64,000 nucleotides of DNA from Octopus sinensis (GCF_006345805.1 NC_042999.1:153140001-153204000), one strand, 5' to 3'; shown: positions 11,039 to 23,520, counted from the first letter of the stretch. The notes: a model not told the origin generated them from the sequence alone. Program-made: numbers and translations.

Positions 11039-11563
11039 CAGTCATCCCTCGACTATCGCGGTTGTTACGTTCCAAAACCCCCCACAGAAATAATTAAAAT
11101 CTAAAAAAATATAAATACTTATTGGCCCCAGAAACCCACGATATACTGAGGAGTCCGCGATATAAATTTTCATGTATTTATTTCTTTATTGCTCAGAGGA
11201 GGCTAAACATAGAGGGGACAAACAAGGACAGACAACCAGATTAAGTCGATTACATCGACTCCAGTGCGCAACTGGTACTTAATTTATCGACCCCGAAAGG
11301 ATGAAAGGCAAAGTCGACCTCGGCAGAATTTGAACTCAGAACGTAACGGCAGGTGAAATACCGCTCAGCATTTCGCCCGGCGTGCTAACGTTTCTGCCAG
11401 CTCACCGCCTTAAATATATTAGCCAGAAAAAATTCGCGATAGGTGAACCGCGATGTACTGAGTGCGTGATAGGTAAACCGCCATGTACTGAGTGCGCGAT
11501 AGGTGAACCGCAATATACTGAGTGCGCGCGATAGATGGACCGCGATATGGCGAGAAATTACTG
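11039..11563 (+). mobile_element. Tigger/pogo-like MITE with TA target duplication
   Basis: TA|CAGTCATCCCTCGACTATCGCGG ... CCGCGATATGGCGAGAAATTACTG|TA. Contains a nested SINE and a 30-bp tandem repeat (11435-11545). Confidence 0.85.
11183..11410 (-). mobile_element. SINE family B (tRNA head + Nin/Deu-like domain), nested in the MITE
   Basis: Reverse of AGGCGGTGAGCTGGCAG..GTTCTGAGTTCAAATT..GCCTTTCATCCTTTCGGGGTCGATAAATTAAGTACCAG. Confidence 0.85.
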
Positions 11564-11866
11564 TATACCTTATATCTTTCTATATTACGTTTATTTTATT
11601 TATAATATAGCGTTAAAAATTGTTATCGATTTATGTTAAATTTAATTACTTATCTAACGAAGTTATATTTGGAAATAATCTAAAAGTGAACACTGTTAAT
11701 TATGGTACAAACCGTTGAATTTAAATATTGTTTGTATAAAGAATTTTTCTCTCTTAAATTTGCGTACAATTATATCACATGACCAGGTGGATAGGGTACC
11801 CGAAAATCACCCTAGAGATTGCTTATTTTTATTCTACCTCATTGGACTTTCCTCTGTCTCCTACTT

Positions 11867-11893
11867 CCGAAGAAGAGCTTTGCTCGAAACATA
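11867..11893 (+). ncRNA. Variant hammerhead core (same family as 418)
   Basis: CCGAAGA A GAGC-ttt-GCTC GAAAC ATA. The cleavage-site G appears lost by CpG to CpA change. Confidence 0.4.
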
Positions 11894-11992
11894 AAAACCC
11901 CCTTTCTTTCCTTCCTTGAGCGTCTGCTAATACTTTACATGTACCACATCTTCGCATTGTTGTTCTTTTTTTTGTGTTCTTCGTTTTATATA

Positions 11993-12052
<60 letters not shown>

Positions 12053-13299
12053 TGTATGTATGTACCAGTAGATGTTTAGCTTAACCATTGATTGATTGAT
12101 TTTTCGTTGTAATGAGCAGTTACTATTTTCGACATTTAAGAGAAATAAGGCGATCTAGAATAAAAATGTATGGTCAGTTTTACAACGGAATACCGACAGA
12201 GTTTTTCCTTGAACTTAGAAACTGTTTCAAACATTTTTGGGTCTTATGAAGAGAAAATAAATGAATGCAAATATCAAATATAGATTGTAAAGAAACTAGA
12301 AAAGCTAAGGATGGTAATATAGTTCAATAAAAAAAAAAAAATGAAAACAAACAAACAAAAGAGTCTGGGGAAACAGTACGAAGACAGTCTGAAGGACGTT
12401 GACAAGTAGCGAAGGAAAGACAAAAACCAGAGTAGGAATTCTTTTTCTAATTCCATTTTGCGTTATTGCTCACCAAAAATTTGTCAAAAAATAAATATAG
12501 TAAGATGAAGGAAAAGATAACAAAAAAAAAAAAAAATACAGCATTAATAGAATTATCTGTTAATTTGTGGTTATTTTATATTGTTTGTTAAATTTAGAGA
12601 CTTTTCGGATTCCCAAATGTAACGAAACCACTTTTGTGTTCACCCCTTTTTTTCCATTCCATCTCTTCTTCTTGTACTGATTATTTCTCCCCCCCCTAAC
12701 ACCCACCCACCCTCACCACTTTCTTTTACCTTATTCTTGTAGACGTTTCCTCTTCTCCCCCCTCTCATTCTCTTCTCTCTGCCTCTCTTCTCGTTATTCC
12801 TCCCCTCTCGTCTTTCCTCTCTCTCTCTCTCTCTCTCTCCCTCTCTCTCTGCCGCACACTTTTACCATTCCTCGAATGAAAACAGTTCTTGAGGAGTTTC
12901 CTCTCTCTCAACAGCTTCCATTTTCTCCAAGACACCTCGTTTCTCTCTCTCCTCTCTCTCCCTCCTCTCCCCATCCCACCTCCACCACTCACTCGACCAA
13001 CCTTAATTTGTTTTCTAAACCCAACCGCTACCACAAACCACCACCAAACAACCAGCACTACTTCGGGCCCTCTCAAACACCTCTTCTCCGTCTCTAGCAC
13101 CGAATCACCACCCCTTTTCTCATTAATATTTTCTATAACTCTTACGCGTTGAAAAATTAAGCCAAATAGCACACATTCACACTCGATCTTTTCTACACTA
13201 ACTAGTCAAAATAATTGACTTATCTATTTTATTACCTCCAGTATTTTCATTTACATCTCATTCCATTTTAATTTTTCAATTATATCATAGTCGTCGCCA

Positions 13300-13340
<41 letters not shown>

Positions 13341-13349
13341 TATTATATT

Positions 13350-13570
13350 AAGGCGGCGAGCTGGCAGAGTCGTTAGCACGCCTGGCGAAATGCATAGCGG
13401 TATTTCGTCTATCCTCACGTTCTGAGTTCAAAATGCCGCCGGGGTTGACTTCGCCTTTCATCCTTTCGGAATCGATAAATTAAGTACCAGTTACGCACTG
13501 GGGTCGATCTAATCGACTAGCCCCCCCCCCCAAAAAAAAAATTTCAGGCCCTGTGCCTTTTGTAGAAAGG
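13350..13570 (+). mobile_element. SINE family B
   Basis: Head, Nin/Deu-like core and tail. Flanked by (ATT)n on both sides. Confidence 0.85.
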
Positions 13571-13738
13571 ATTATTATTATTATTATTATTATCATCATC
13601 ATCATTCAGTAGTTTTATTTTTATGACGTGCTTTCACTTCACTACCGAGCGCAGTTCTGTGTGCCTTGGGTATGTGCTGTGATTTGTTGTGATGCTCTGA
13701 TGGTTACTGTATTGAAAATGTTCTGCGTAGGATGTGTG

Positions 13739-13789
<51 letters not shown>

Positions 13790-13859
13790 TTTGGTTCCTA
13801 ATATTTCTGCAGTTCAAAGAACCGTTATCGTGCCGGAAAAAAAAATGTTCAGTGGCATA

Positions 13860-14045
13860 TTCCATTTTTCACGTTCTGAGTTCAGATTCCGCCGAGGTCG
13901 ACTTTGCCTTTCATCTTATCGGGGGGCTTGATAAAAATAGGTACCAGTAACTACTGGTGGTGGTGATGGTGTGGAGGGTGTCGATGTAATTGATTTATCC
14001 CATCCCCAACCACATTTACTGGCCTCGTGCCAAAATTTGAAACCA
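13860..14045 (+). mobile_element. SINE family B, headless
   Basis: Core CGTTCTGAGTTCAGATTCCGCCGAGGTCGAC. Confidence 0.7.
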
Positions 14046-14277
14046 ATATTTTTTGCAGTCCTTTTCGACTGGTTGTTGTCGTTGATGTCATCGCTTTTTC
14101 TAACGTAGTCCATTTTGTTTGGTCGGGTTTGTGATTGTATCAGCTGTGGCTCAACGAAAGAGAGACGACCTGAAAGAAAGCGCGAGGTACTGACCACAGA
14201 AACTAATTCTTGTTAATAGTATTTATCTACAGCGACTTTAATTATACGATATAATGGATGATAATTGGGCATATGTA

Positions 14278-14460
14278 TTTTTGTGCGTCTGTGTTTGTCC
14301 ACGCACCATTGCTTGACAACCGATGTTGGTGTGTTTACGGCAAAAAGAAACCGATAGAATAAGTACTGGGCTTATAAAGAACAAGTCCTGGAATCGATTT
14401 GTTCGACAAAAAGGCGGTGCTCCAGCATGGCCGCAGTCAAATGACAAACAAGTAGAAGAG
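14278..14460 (+). mobile_element. SINE family A tail
   Basis: CATTGCTTGACAACCGATG..GGTGCTCCAGCATGGCCGCAGTCAAATGAC. Confidence 0.75.
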
Positions 14461-14475
14461 TTATATATATACATA

Positions 14476-14774
14476 TCTTTATATATAAAAGTGAGGTTGT
14501 GTGCTGTCTGTTTCCTACGATTTAGATTCTTAACTACTCCCACATTTTGCTGTGCAGTGTAACCAAAAGCGGGTATCTTATAGTCGTGATTCATATCGAG
14601 CCCTTCTGGGTATTAGCGCGCGTCTACGATGAGTCTACGATTAAAAAAATTATTACCATAATTTTTTCCCATTTTAATGCATTTTTTGCTATTATATAAG
14701 GGAAGTAACTCTCTAAAAATGCTTATATAGTTATTTCCCTTTCAAACCCGAGCAACGCCGGGCGATACTGCTAG
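14476..14774 (+). mobile_element. Non-autonomous Helitron
   Basis: A|TC 5' end, 3' hairpin CCCG-A-GC-AAC-GC-CGGG 8 nt before CTAG|T, no TSD. Confidence 0.85.
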
Positions 14775-15571
14775 TATATTATATAAATTATAATTTAGGG
14801 TATCTAAGGGATACCACCACGCTGGAAATAGCAAAACTTGACTCTAAAACTACATTAAATGTTCGTGGTTGTATCTCTTAGATACCCTAAATTATAATTT
14901 TAAATAATTATTACCTTTGAAGGTTTTTATTCCCATGCTGTCCATCTGATAAGATCAGTATTTAAATATTGATCTTATCCTTTTATATGTATGTATATAT
15001 ATGAATGCTGACCACCCCACCGAAACGTTATCAAAGCGTTCACCAACATCATCACCGCCATTATCATTACTGCCTCTCTCAACATGCCCACCACCGTCTT
15101 CATCATAACCACCGCGATCGTCATCATCACTACTATTATAACCAGCACCACAGTTACCCCAATACCACCACCACCACCACCATCATCGTCATCATCAAGT
15201 GGGATTCGTTCGGTCTAGGATCTCTTTTCTAGATGGCTAAACACGCCTCTCCAGCAGCTCAGACAGACGGATAATCAGTGGAATTATTACGGGAGATGGA
15301 TGGATGGCAGGGCACATTAATTTCTAGAACGATAAAGAAAGCAATGTGAAAAGAACTGATTAATACATAGAGAGAGAGAGAGAGAGAATGTAAATATGAA
15401 GAATGGAGGGAGAAAAAAAAATAAAGAGATCATGCCTACCCCATCGAGTTCACACAAGTGGATAAACCGCGCGCCATGTAGTGTGTGTTTGTGGTTATGT
15501 TCATTTAAAACCGTTTCTAAATTACTGTTCTTTAGCGGTTTCTGTTCGTTTATATATACAGTGTATGTATG

Positions 15572-15606
<35 letters not shown>

Positions 15607-15610
<4 letters not shown>

Positions 15611-15829
15611 CTTTACTACCCACAAGGGGCTAAACACAGAGGGGACAAACAAGGATAGACAAACGGATTAAGTCGATTACATCGACCCCAGTGCGTAACT
15701 GGTACTTAATTTATCGACCCCGAAAGGATGAAAGGCAAAGTCGACCTCGGCGGAATTTGAACCCAGAACGTAACGGCAGACGAAATACGGCTACGCATTT
15801 CGCCCGGCGTGCTAACGTTTCTGCCAGCT
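15607..15829 (-). mobile_element. SINE family B
   Basis: Near-consensus reverse copy. Confidence 0.85.
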
Positions 15830-16086
15830 CGTGTATATATATATATATACACGTGTGTGTGTGTGTTGTATTTGTGTACATGCGTGTGTTACATTGCGTA
15901 CATAAATGTATGTATATGCATACACATACATCCCGGTCATTTTAATCCTGAAAAAGGACCAAATTCGAAACGTTTGAACGACCCACTCCTCACTGTAGGT
16001 TTATTTCATTCACTCTCTGTATTTTATACACACCACAGAACCTCCCAGAATAAGACCCCAATATCTAAGCTTTGTCCGAGCCTAAT

Positions 16087-16127
<41 letters not shown>

Positions 16128-16479
16128 TCGGGTTGTGGAATCGAAACAAAAAATTCTGACTCTGATTCCTGTACTACTGGCACCTCCAGCTCCGCTTTAT
16201 GTAATTAAGTGATTGTGGTCTACCTATAATGCATATGTGCACGCTTGTACTTTGAGAAGGCCTATATGTTATAACTGGTTTATATTAAAAAATAAAGATA
16301 TTGTGAGTCGGAGTCGGTATGGTTTTACCGACTCCGACTCAAGCTACCTATTCATTGTTTACGGCCCTGTATTTTATTGATAAGCTGCTGCTTTATATCC
16401 AAAATATATATACGTGATCACCAGTATATATGTGTACTTACGTGTGTATCTATACGTGTAGTTTAAATATGAAAGATCT

Positions 16480-16665
16480 TGATTGACCGCTAGCTCCAAA
16501 AGTTTTTGTATTCTCTCTGTTTATTTCATCGTGTTCCTTTCTGCTGAAGAGCCTAGGCTCGAAACATAAAAGACTTTCTCACATTCCCGAGCGTCAACGT
16601 AATACATCTGCTTGTTGTTTATACACCTGCCTTCGTCTTTTGTTTTTCTGTATATTTCAACTATA
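16480..16665 (+). mobile_element. Penelope-like pLTR fragment with variant hammerhead (16537-16572)
   Basis: CTTT-CTGCTGA-A-GAGC-ctag-GCTC-GAAAC-ATA-AAAG. Stem I is CTTT/AAAG. Confidence 0.5.
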
Positions 16666-16695
16666 TATAATTAATGTATTTCCTATAAATATATA

Positions 16696-16726
<31 letters not shown>

Positions 16727-17379
16727 ATCTATGTACAGGTTGTTTTTTCTTAATATGTGTGTAGTTAAATATCTGCTTATTTATATATCTGTATAGCTAT
16801 ATATATATATATGTATGTTTGTGTATTTACATATGCGTTTAAGTGTGTGTAGATATCGCTGAATGTGTATATGTGTGTGTCTGTATATGTGCGTGTATAT
16901 ATTTATATATATATGTATGTGTGTGTATATGCATGCATATGTGCATGTGTATATGCAGATATATATAAAACCTTGTATGTGTGTATGTAGTACACCTGCA
17001 CACAGCCAAACTCACAGCCATATATTTATAAATTGAATTTTTTTCTTGCAATCGCTTTATCCCGGTTAGGGTCGCGGCTAGAAGACCAAGCTGGAGCAAT
17101 ATTTTGCGGCCGACCTCCTCCCACAAATGACTACCTCACAATAGACTCCCCAACGGCTCCACTGTTCGATGGTGAAGCCACAGCGCGGGAACACTGGCAT
17201 TCGAACCTGGGGCCTTGTGATTCCCGACTGATTGCTCCGCCACAGAATTGTCATCCAGTATCTAAATACATATGTAATGTATACACTTTCTTAACTTTTT
17301 TTTTTGTTAAACTTCCTCGATGTCTTGTGTGTGTTGTGTAAATTATTTTATATACATGTATATATATATATGACTATAT

Positions 17380-17780
17380 GTGTGTGTGTATACATGTATA
17401 TATATGATTATATATGTGTGTCTGTGTGCATGTATATATAGGATTGTGTGTGTGTGTATACATGTATATATATGTCTATATGTGTGTATATGTCTGTATA
17501 TATATGTTTGCATATGTGTGTGTATATATATTTCTGTATATGTATATATATGTATATATATATATATGTGTGTGTATATATAAGCATGTATATGTGTCCA
17601 TATATATATATACGTCTATGTATATATTTCGGTAAATTTACAGAAATTTACCTATATTTTTCTATATATACGTGTATGAATATGTATGCATATATATATC
17701 TATATATGTATGTATTTGTATATATGTGTATGTAAATACATGTATATTGTGTCTATATATATATGTGTGTGTGTGTACAC
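17380..17780. repeat. Compound (TA)/(TG) microsatellite
   Basis: Direct reading. Confidence 0.9.
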
Positions 17781-18566
17781 ACATTCACTACCCACATACA
17801 CACATAGTATGGTGTATTGAAAACATCAGAAATATTCGTAAAACTATGAAGTCTGTATCGAGACATCTAGAAATAGATGTTAAACACACACACACTCATA
17901 CATTCACGTCATAGAATATTTGAAGACTACCTATAAATGCTTTAGCGTAGGTGTGTATAAGGAGCCGACCGATCACCAGACTTGCGGGTGTATATGTGGT
18001 ATATTGATCTGCAATAATAAATTCATATATTGATCATTTGCCGTACACTAATGTATCTCTCTACATTTATATACATACACATTTGTGTGTGTGTGTATAA
18101 CTCTGACTATACACCTCTTTGTATAACAAGAATAAATAAATTTGTATGTAATATATATGTATATATACTCTAAATAAACACACATTCTAAATACATACAT
18201 ATACATATGTATGTGTTTTCTAATTACATATTAACGCAAATATATATGGACATGTTATAAATCATAATTTTATATCCTGTGAGCTTGTCTTATCCTCCCG
18301 TCCTCGCAGTAATATAAGTTTTTCATCATCAACATCATTATTATTATTATTATTATTAATTGCTATCATAACTGTTGTATTATTTGCTTTTTTCCCCTCC
18401 ATATACAAGCGTATATCTTTTCCCTAGTTAGCTACATGAGTTGACCTTTTCGTCGAAAGGTCATCCTCGAGATCCATCATTTGGTCAGACAGCGGGATTC
18501 TGTAGCGATAATTCAATATACCAAGGGATGCATCGAACTGTTTATCAATGTGTATGCGCCCACGTG

Positions 18567-18597
<31 letters not shown>

Positions 18598-18874
18598 TCA
18601 GAGAGAGACACAGACACAGAGCGAGTTTTGTATATATACATAGATAAATGTGTTTAATTATGTATAAATACGTTACCATATATGTATATACACATTTGCT
18701 TGCATATTATGTATACACACACACACACATACACGTAAATACAAACACGTGTAAAGTATGTGTACGTGTGTGTTATACGTATATATTGATATATTATGCC
18801 TATATAAATGTACACATTTGTACACATACGTTCAAATCATTCTTGTTTTACTGTTGTACGCACCACCCCAGTCT

Positions 18875-18917
<43 letters not shown>

Positions 18918-19717
18918 TTATTATTTGGCAAGAAGGGGAGGAAAATGGTCATCCCGAAATATAACAAATATGTACATAAAACTTTGTGTTTGGATTGTGT
19001 TTCCGTACATACGTGTGTGAGAAAGAGTGGTGTGTATTCATATAGTTGTGTACATGTACTTTGGAAACAGCATAAAACTGATTACTGCTCTCTCTCTCTC
19101 TCACTCAACCTACCTTCCCTATAATTTCTCAATAGCGATCTTTCCATATGTCTGTCTATAATAGCCCCTCTATACACACCGCAGCGCGGTTTCTAATTTT
19201 CGATTTCACAAAACCACCTTTCGTAAAACCACTAGCTAATAAAACAAACTTCTGTCTTTAGAATATGTGAATTTGGAACCTATCTCTTTAATCCCTGTCA
19301 ATTTGATGATGAAGGTCATGCTCTACCGCCCTTTAATACCCTTGTATTTATCTATCCCCAAGGAATTGTTAAGACCCGGGTACATGGGGTATGTAGTATG
19401 AAATGAAAAGAAAGCAGCTCTGACCGGCGTGTTGGTCTGTTTTAGCGACAAATGCCTATGGGTGTGGCTAGTGACATCTTCCTCACCCTCTCTCTTTCTC
19501 TCGTTGGTATATGTTAGAAAAAAAAATATTTGTCACATGTGTCTTCGCTTAGTCCTGTATTTATCGAGAAAAACCTAATTATGCCTGGGGTATGTGTGTG
19601 TGTCTTAGTAGTAAACTGACTAAAGGACTCAATATCTACCTAGATACTACTAAAATCAAAGGGGCTTCACGGGTGAGAGAAACTTTAAACAATTTCGGCA
19701 TGTGCGTATATACGAGT

Positions 19718-19945
19718 GTGTGGCGGCGAGCTGGCAGAAACGTTAGCACGCCGGGCGAAATGCGTGGCCGTATTTCGCCTGCCGTTACGTTCTGAGTTCA
19801 AATTCCACCGAGGTCGACTTAGCCTTTCATCCTTTCGGGGTCGATAAATTAAGTAACAGTTACGTACTGGGGTCAATGTAATCGACTTAATCCCTTTGTC
19901 TGTCCTTGTTTGTCCCCTCTGTTTAGCCCCTTGTGGACAATAAAG
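19718..19945 (+). mobile_element. SINE family B
   Basis: Full head, core and tail. Confidence 0.85.
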
Positions 19946-20157
19946 AAACATATATATGAGTGTGTGTGTGTGTGTGCATGTATATTTACTGTACACTATA
20001 TTCAACACGGTTTCACGCATGTATTTATGATAACCATCTATCTACAATATCTGTATATGAGTGTGTGTACGAACATACTACACAAATTGATCGATTAGGT
20101 AAATTTTGATTGTTCATCCTTCCATAAATGTTTGCTGTAATGTATAATATATAAATA

Positions 20158-20563
20158 GAGGCGGAGAGCTGGTAGAAACGTTAGCACGCCGGACGAAATT
20201 CGTAGCCGTATTTCGTCTGCCGCTACATTCTGAGTTCAAATTCCGCCGAGGTCGACTTTGCCTTTCATCCTTTCGGGGTCGATAAATTAAGTACTAGTTA
20301 CGCACTGGGGTCGATGTAATCGACTTAATCCGTCTGTCTGTCTGTATGTCCTTGTTTGTCCCCTCTGTGTTTAGCCCCTTGTGTGTAGTAAAGAAATAGG
20401 TATTTCTTTTGTCTTTATGTTCTGAGTTCAAATTCCGTCGAGGTCGACCTAGCCTTTCATCCTTTCCGGGTCGATAAATTAAGTACCAGTTGCATACTGG
20501 AGTCGATCTAATCGACTGGCACCCTCCCTCAAAATTTCAGGCCTTGTGCCTAGAGTAGAAAAG
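20158..20563 (+). mobile_element. SINE family B, dimeric form (second headless core + alternative tail)
   Basis: The core occurs at about 20225-20310 and again at about 20415-20510. Same layout at 30364-30745. Confidence 0.8.
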
Positions 20564-20578
20564 AATATATATATATAT

Positions 20579-20947
20579 AGGCGCAGGAGTGGCTGTGTGG
20601 TAAGTAGCTTGGTTCCGGGTTCAGTCCCACTGCGTGGCATCTTGGGCAAGTGTTTTCTGCTATAGCCTCGGGCCGACCAATGCCTTGTGAGTGGATTTGG
20701 TAAACGGTAACTGAAAGAAGCCTGTCGTATATATATATATATATATGTGTGTTTGTGTGTCTGTGTTTGTCTCCCTAGCATTGCTGGTGTGTTTACGTCC
20801 CCGTCACTTAGCGGTTCGGCAAAAGAGACCGATAGAATAAGTACTGGGCTTAGAAAAGAATAAGTACCGGGATCGAGTTGCTCGATTAAAAGGCGGTGCT
20901 CCAGCATGGCCGCAGTCAAATGACTGAAACAAGTAAAAGAGTAAAGA

Positions 20948-20949
<2 letters not shown>
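20579..20949 (+). mobile_element. SINE family A, full length
   Basis: AGGCGCAGGAGTGGCTGTGTGG head to GTAAAAGAGTAAAGAG tail. Confidence 0.88.
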
Positions 20950-20989
<40 letters not shown>

Positions 20990-20994
<5 letters not shown>

Positions 20995-21078
20995 TTTATT
21001 TTTTTATTTTTTTTATTTTTTATTTTTTATTTTTTATTTTTTATTTTTTATTTTATTTTTTATTTTTTATTATTTTTA

Positions 21079-21110
<32 letters not shown>

Positions 21111-21115
21111 ATTTA
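20990..21115. repeat. (TTTTTA)n hexamer array
   Basis: About 20 imperfect units. Confidence 0.9.
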
Positions 21116-21259
21116 TTCTCCTATCTAATTTAACACTGACTCCTTGACCACTCCCCCAAGTATGATTTTTTGCGCTATGCCTACCCCCCAAAAAGTCCCC
21201 CACCAACACCCCTTTAAACCTGCCTAAATGTATAAATGCCAATACAATTCTTGTTAACT

Positions 21260-21310
21260 AGCTTCCTGAAGATTTCTTTTGAATGAAACAGTTCTAGTCC
21301 TGTAGAAGCT
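21260..21310 (+). ncRNA. Type I hammerhead ribozyme motif
   Basis: Stem I AGCTTC/GAAGCT (6 bp), core CTGAAGA, stem II TTC/GAA with U.U closing mismatch, GAAA, stem III ACAG/CTGT with an 8-nt loop, GUA cleavage triplet at 21302-21304. Confidence 0.75.
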
Positions 21311-21334
21311 CCTTCTATATAATAAATATATATA

Positions 21335-21379
<45 letters not shown>

Positions 21380-21869
21380 ATTATATATATATATAATGTG
21401 TGTGTATGTGTATGTATGTATATATATATGTGTGTATATGTATGGCGGCAAACACACGCCATTTATGTGTGTGAAGTACTTGAAAAGTGCTGCTGCGCAA
21501 CATTTTGCTGTTCTGCATGTCTCAGTACTTCACTCTAGTAGGTGTGTATGCATGTATGTATGTATGTATGTATGTATGTATGTATGTATGTGCGTGCGCA
21601 CGTGTATATTTCTCTATATGTGTTCGTGTCAGTTTCTTCAACCCCCACCCTCTCTCTCTCTCTCTCTCTCTCCCCACCTCCCATTTTGCTCTTATTCCTG
21701 ACAACAATCTGTAATGACATTGTCACATTTTTTTTTTTATTGCTCTCGTTTTTTTTTTATTTTTGTTTTTTGTTTTTTTTTGTTGTTGTTTTTTTTCCAC
21801 GATGTACATGACCATGTCACATATTGTTTGGAACAAAAACTAAAATGGAACTGTATCTAAAAATAAATT

Positions 21870-22510
21870 GCAGCAGCAGCAGTAGTAGTAGTCGCAGAGC
21901 AGTAGTAGTAGTAGTAGTAGTCGCAGCAGCAGCAGTAGTAGTAGTAGTTGTAGTCGCAGCAGCAGCAGTAGTAGTAGTAGTAGTAGTCGCAGCAGCAGCA
22001 GTAGTTGTAGTCGCAGCAGCAGCAGTAGTTGTAGTCGCAGCAGCAGCAGTAGTAGTAGTAGTCGCAGTAGCAGTCGCAGCAGCAGCAGTAGTTGTAGTCG
22101 CAGCAGCAGCAGTAGTAGTAGTAGTAGTAGTAGTTGTAGTAGTCGCAGCAGCAGCAGTAGTTGTAGTCGCAGCAGCAGCAGTAGTAGTAGTAGTAGTAGT
22201 CGCAGTAGCAGTAGTAGTCGCAGCAGCAGCAGTAGTAGTAGTAGTAGTCGCAGTAGTAGTAGTAGTCGCAGCAGCAGTAGTAGTCGTAGCAGCAGCAGTA
22301 GTAGTAGTAGTAGTAGTAGTTGTAGTAGTCGCAGCAGCAGCAGTAGTTGTAGTCGCAGCAGCAGCAGTAGTAGTAGTAGTCGCAGTAGCAGTCGCAGCAG
22401 CAGCAGTAGTAGTAGTAGTAGTAGTTGTAGTAGTCGCAGCAGCAGCAGTAGTTGTAGTCGCAGCAGCAGCAGTAGTAGTAGTAGTAGTAGTCGCAGCAGC
22501 AGTAGTAGTC

Positions 22511-22544
<34 letters not shown>

Positions 22545-22620
22545 TAGTCGCAGTAGTAGTAGTAGTCGCAGCAGCAGTAGTAGTCGTAGCAGCAGCAGTA
22601 GTAGTAGTAGTAGTAGCAGT
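21870..22620. repeat. In-phase GYN triplet satellite (GCA/GTA/GTC/GTT) with higher-order repeats
   Basis: 22231-22316 is identical to 22531-22616 (300-bp offset). Confidence 0.9.
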
Positions 22621-23222
22621 GGCACCATTATTACTGAAGATTTATTCTGGCAAACTTACATCAATTAAGCAAAGACCGCAAAGTGAATAAGGGCAACCTT
22701 TCTCCCCTTTTAGCATGCGAATCAAAAATGCCCTACAGTCTGTTGGTGGGACCCGCAGTGGTGTGCTACTGCACACACACACACACACACACACACCCGA
22801 TACCACATTCAAAAGAACTGCTGCCTCTTGACTGATAAGGTGTGGCTCGCAAACGCACTTGAAGTGAAGGTCCTCAGACGTGCTGTCTCCTCTCCTTGTC
22901 TTTTATCACCACTACACAAGCCTTCGATGTTCTGATTTGTCTGATTTCGTGACACTTCCTTTTAGGTACCTTTTGATGGACTGCTCTATCTTTTTCTTGT
23001 CACCCGTATTGTGTCCTCCGCTAAATCCGTCACTAATCATAACGCCGAGTCCTTCTTTTCCGGAACCTCGGTCCCCTCACATTTTCTGGCCCACAGTTTC
23101 TTCTCACAAGTGGATTGTTCATAATATCTTGGATAGTCTATATACATACTTGAAGCAAAACCTAGAAATCTGCACATGCAGATTAATACCAAAGCACTAT
23201 TAATACCAAAACGGCAATCTTT

Positions 23223-23520
23223 AGGTGCAGGAGTGGCTGCTTGCTTACCAACCACATGGTCCCGGGTTCAGTCCCACTGCGTGGCACCTTGGACAAAGTG
23301 TCTTCTACTTTAGCCTCGGGCCGACCAAAGCATTGGGTGTGGATTTGGTAGACGGAAACTGAAAAAAAAACAACAATATATGTGTGTGTGTGTGCTTCTC
23401 CCCCTCCTACCATCGCTTGACAAACCGTTGCTGGTGTGTTTACGTCCCCGTAACTTAGCGGTTCAGTAAAAGAGACTGATAGAATAAGTACTAGGCTTAC
23501 AAAGAATAAGTCCTAGGCTT
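23223..23520 (+). mobile_element. SINE family A with internal deletion in the head
   Basis: AGGTGCAGGAGTGGCTG head, core and partial tail. Confidence 0.8.

Noticed and set aside
11435-11545. 30-bp direct repeats resembling a CRISPR array
   Set aside because: Head-to-tail tandem units with no spacers, inside a eukaryotic MITE, and no cas genes.
15691-15945. Recurrent ORF MRNWYLIYRPRKDERQSRPRRNLN (also 28448, 30329, 47909)
   Set aside because: Antisense reading of SINE family B, not a gene family.
15948-15974. CTGAAAA-A-GGA..TTC-GAAAC-GTT hammerhead-like string
   Set aside because: G8 is lost and there is no stem I pairing. At best a relic.
21824-22690. 288-aa poly-Val/Ala ORF and 262-aa antisense poly-Leu ORF
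   Set aside because: Both are translations of a triplet satellite. There is no domain, splice context or codon diversity.
22880-23203. 107-aa ORF in unique-looking DNA
   Set aside because: No recognisable motif or convincing splice sites on either strand.
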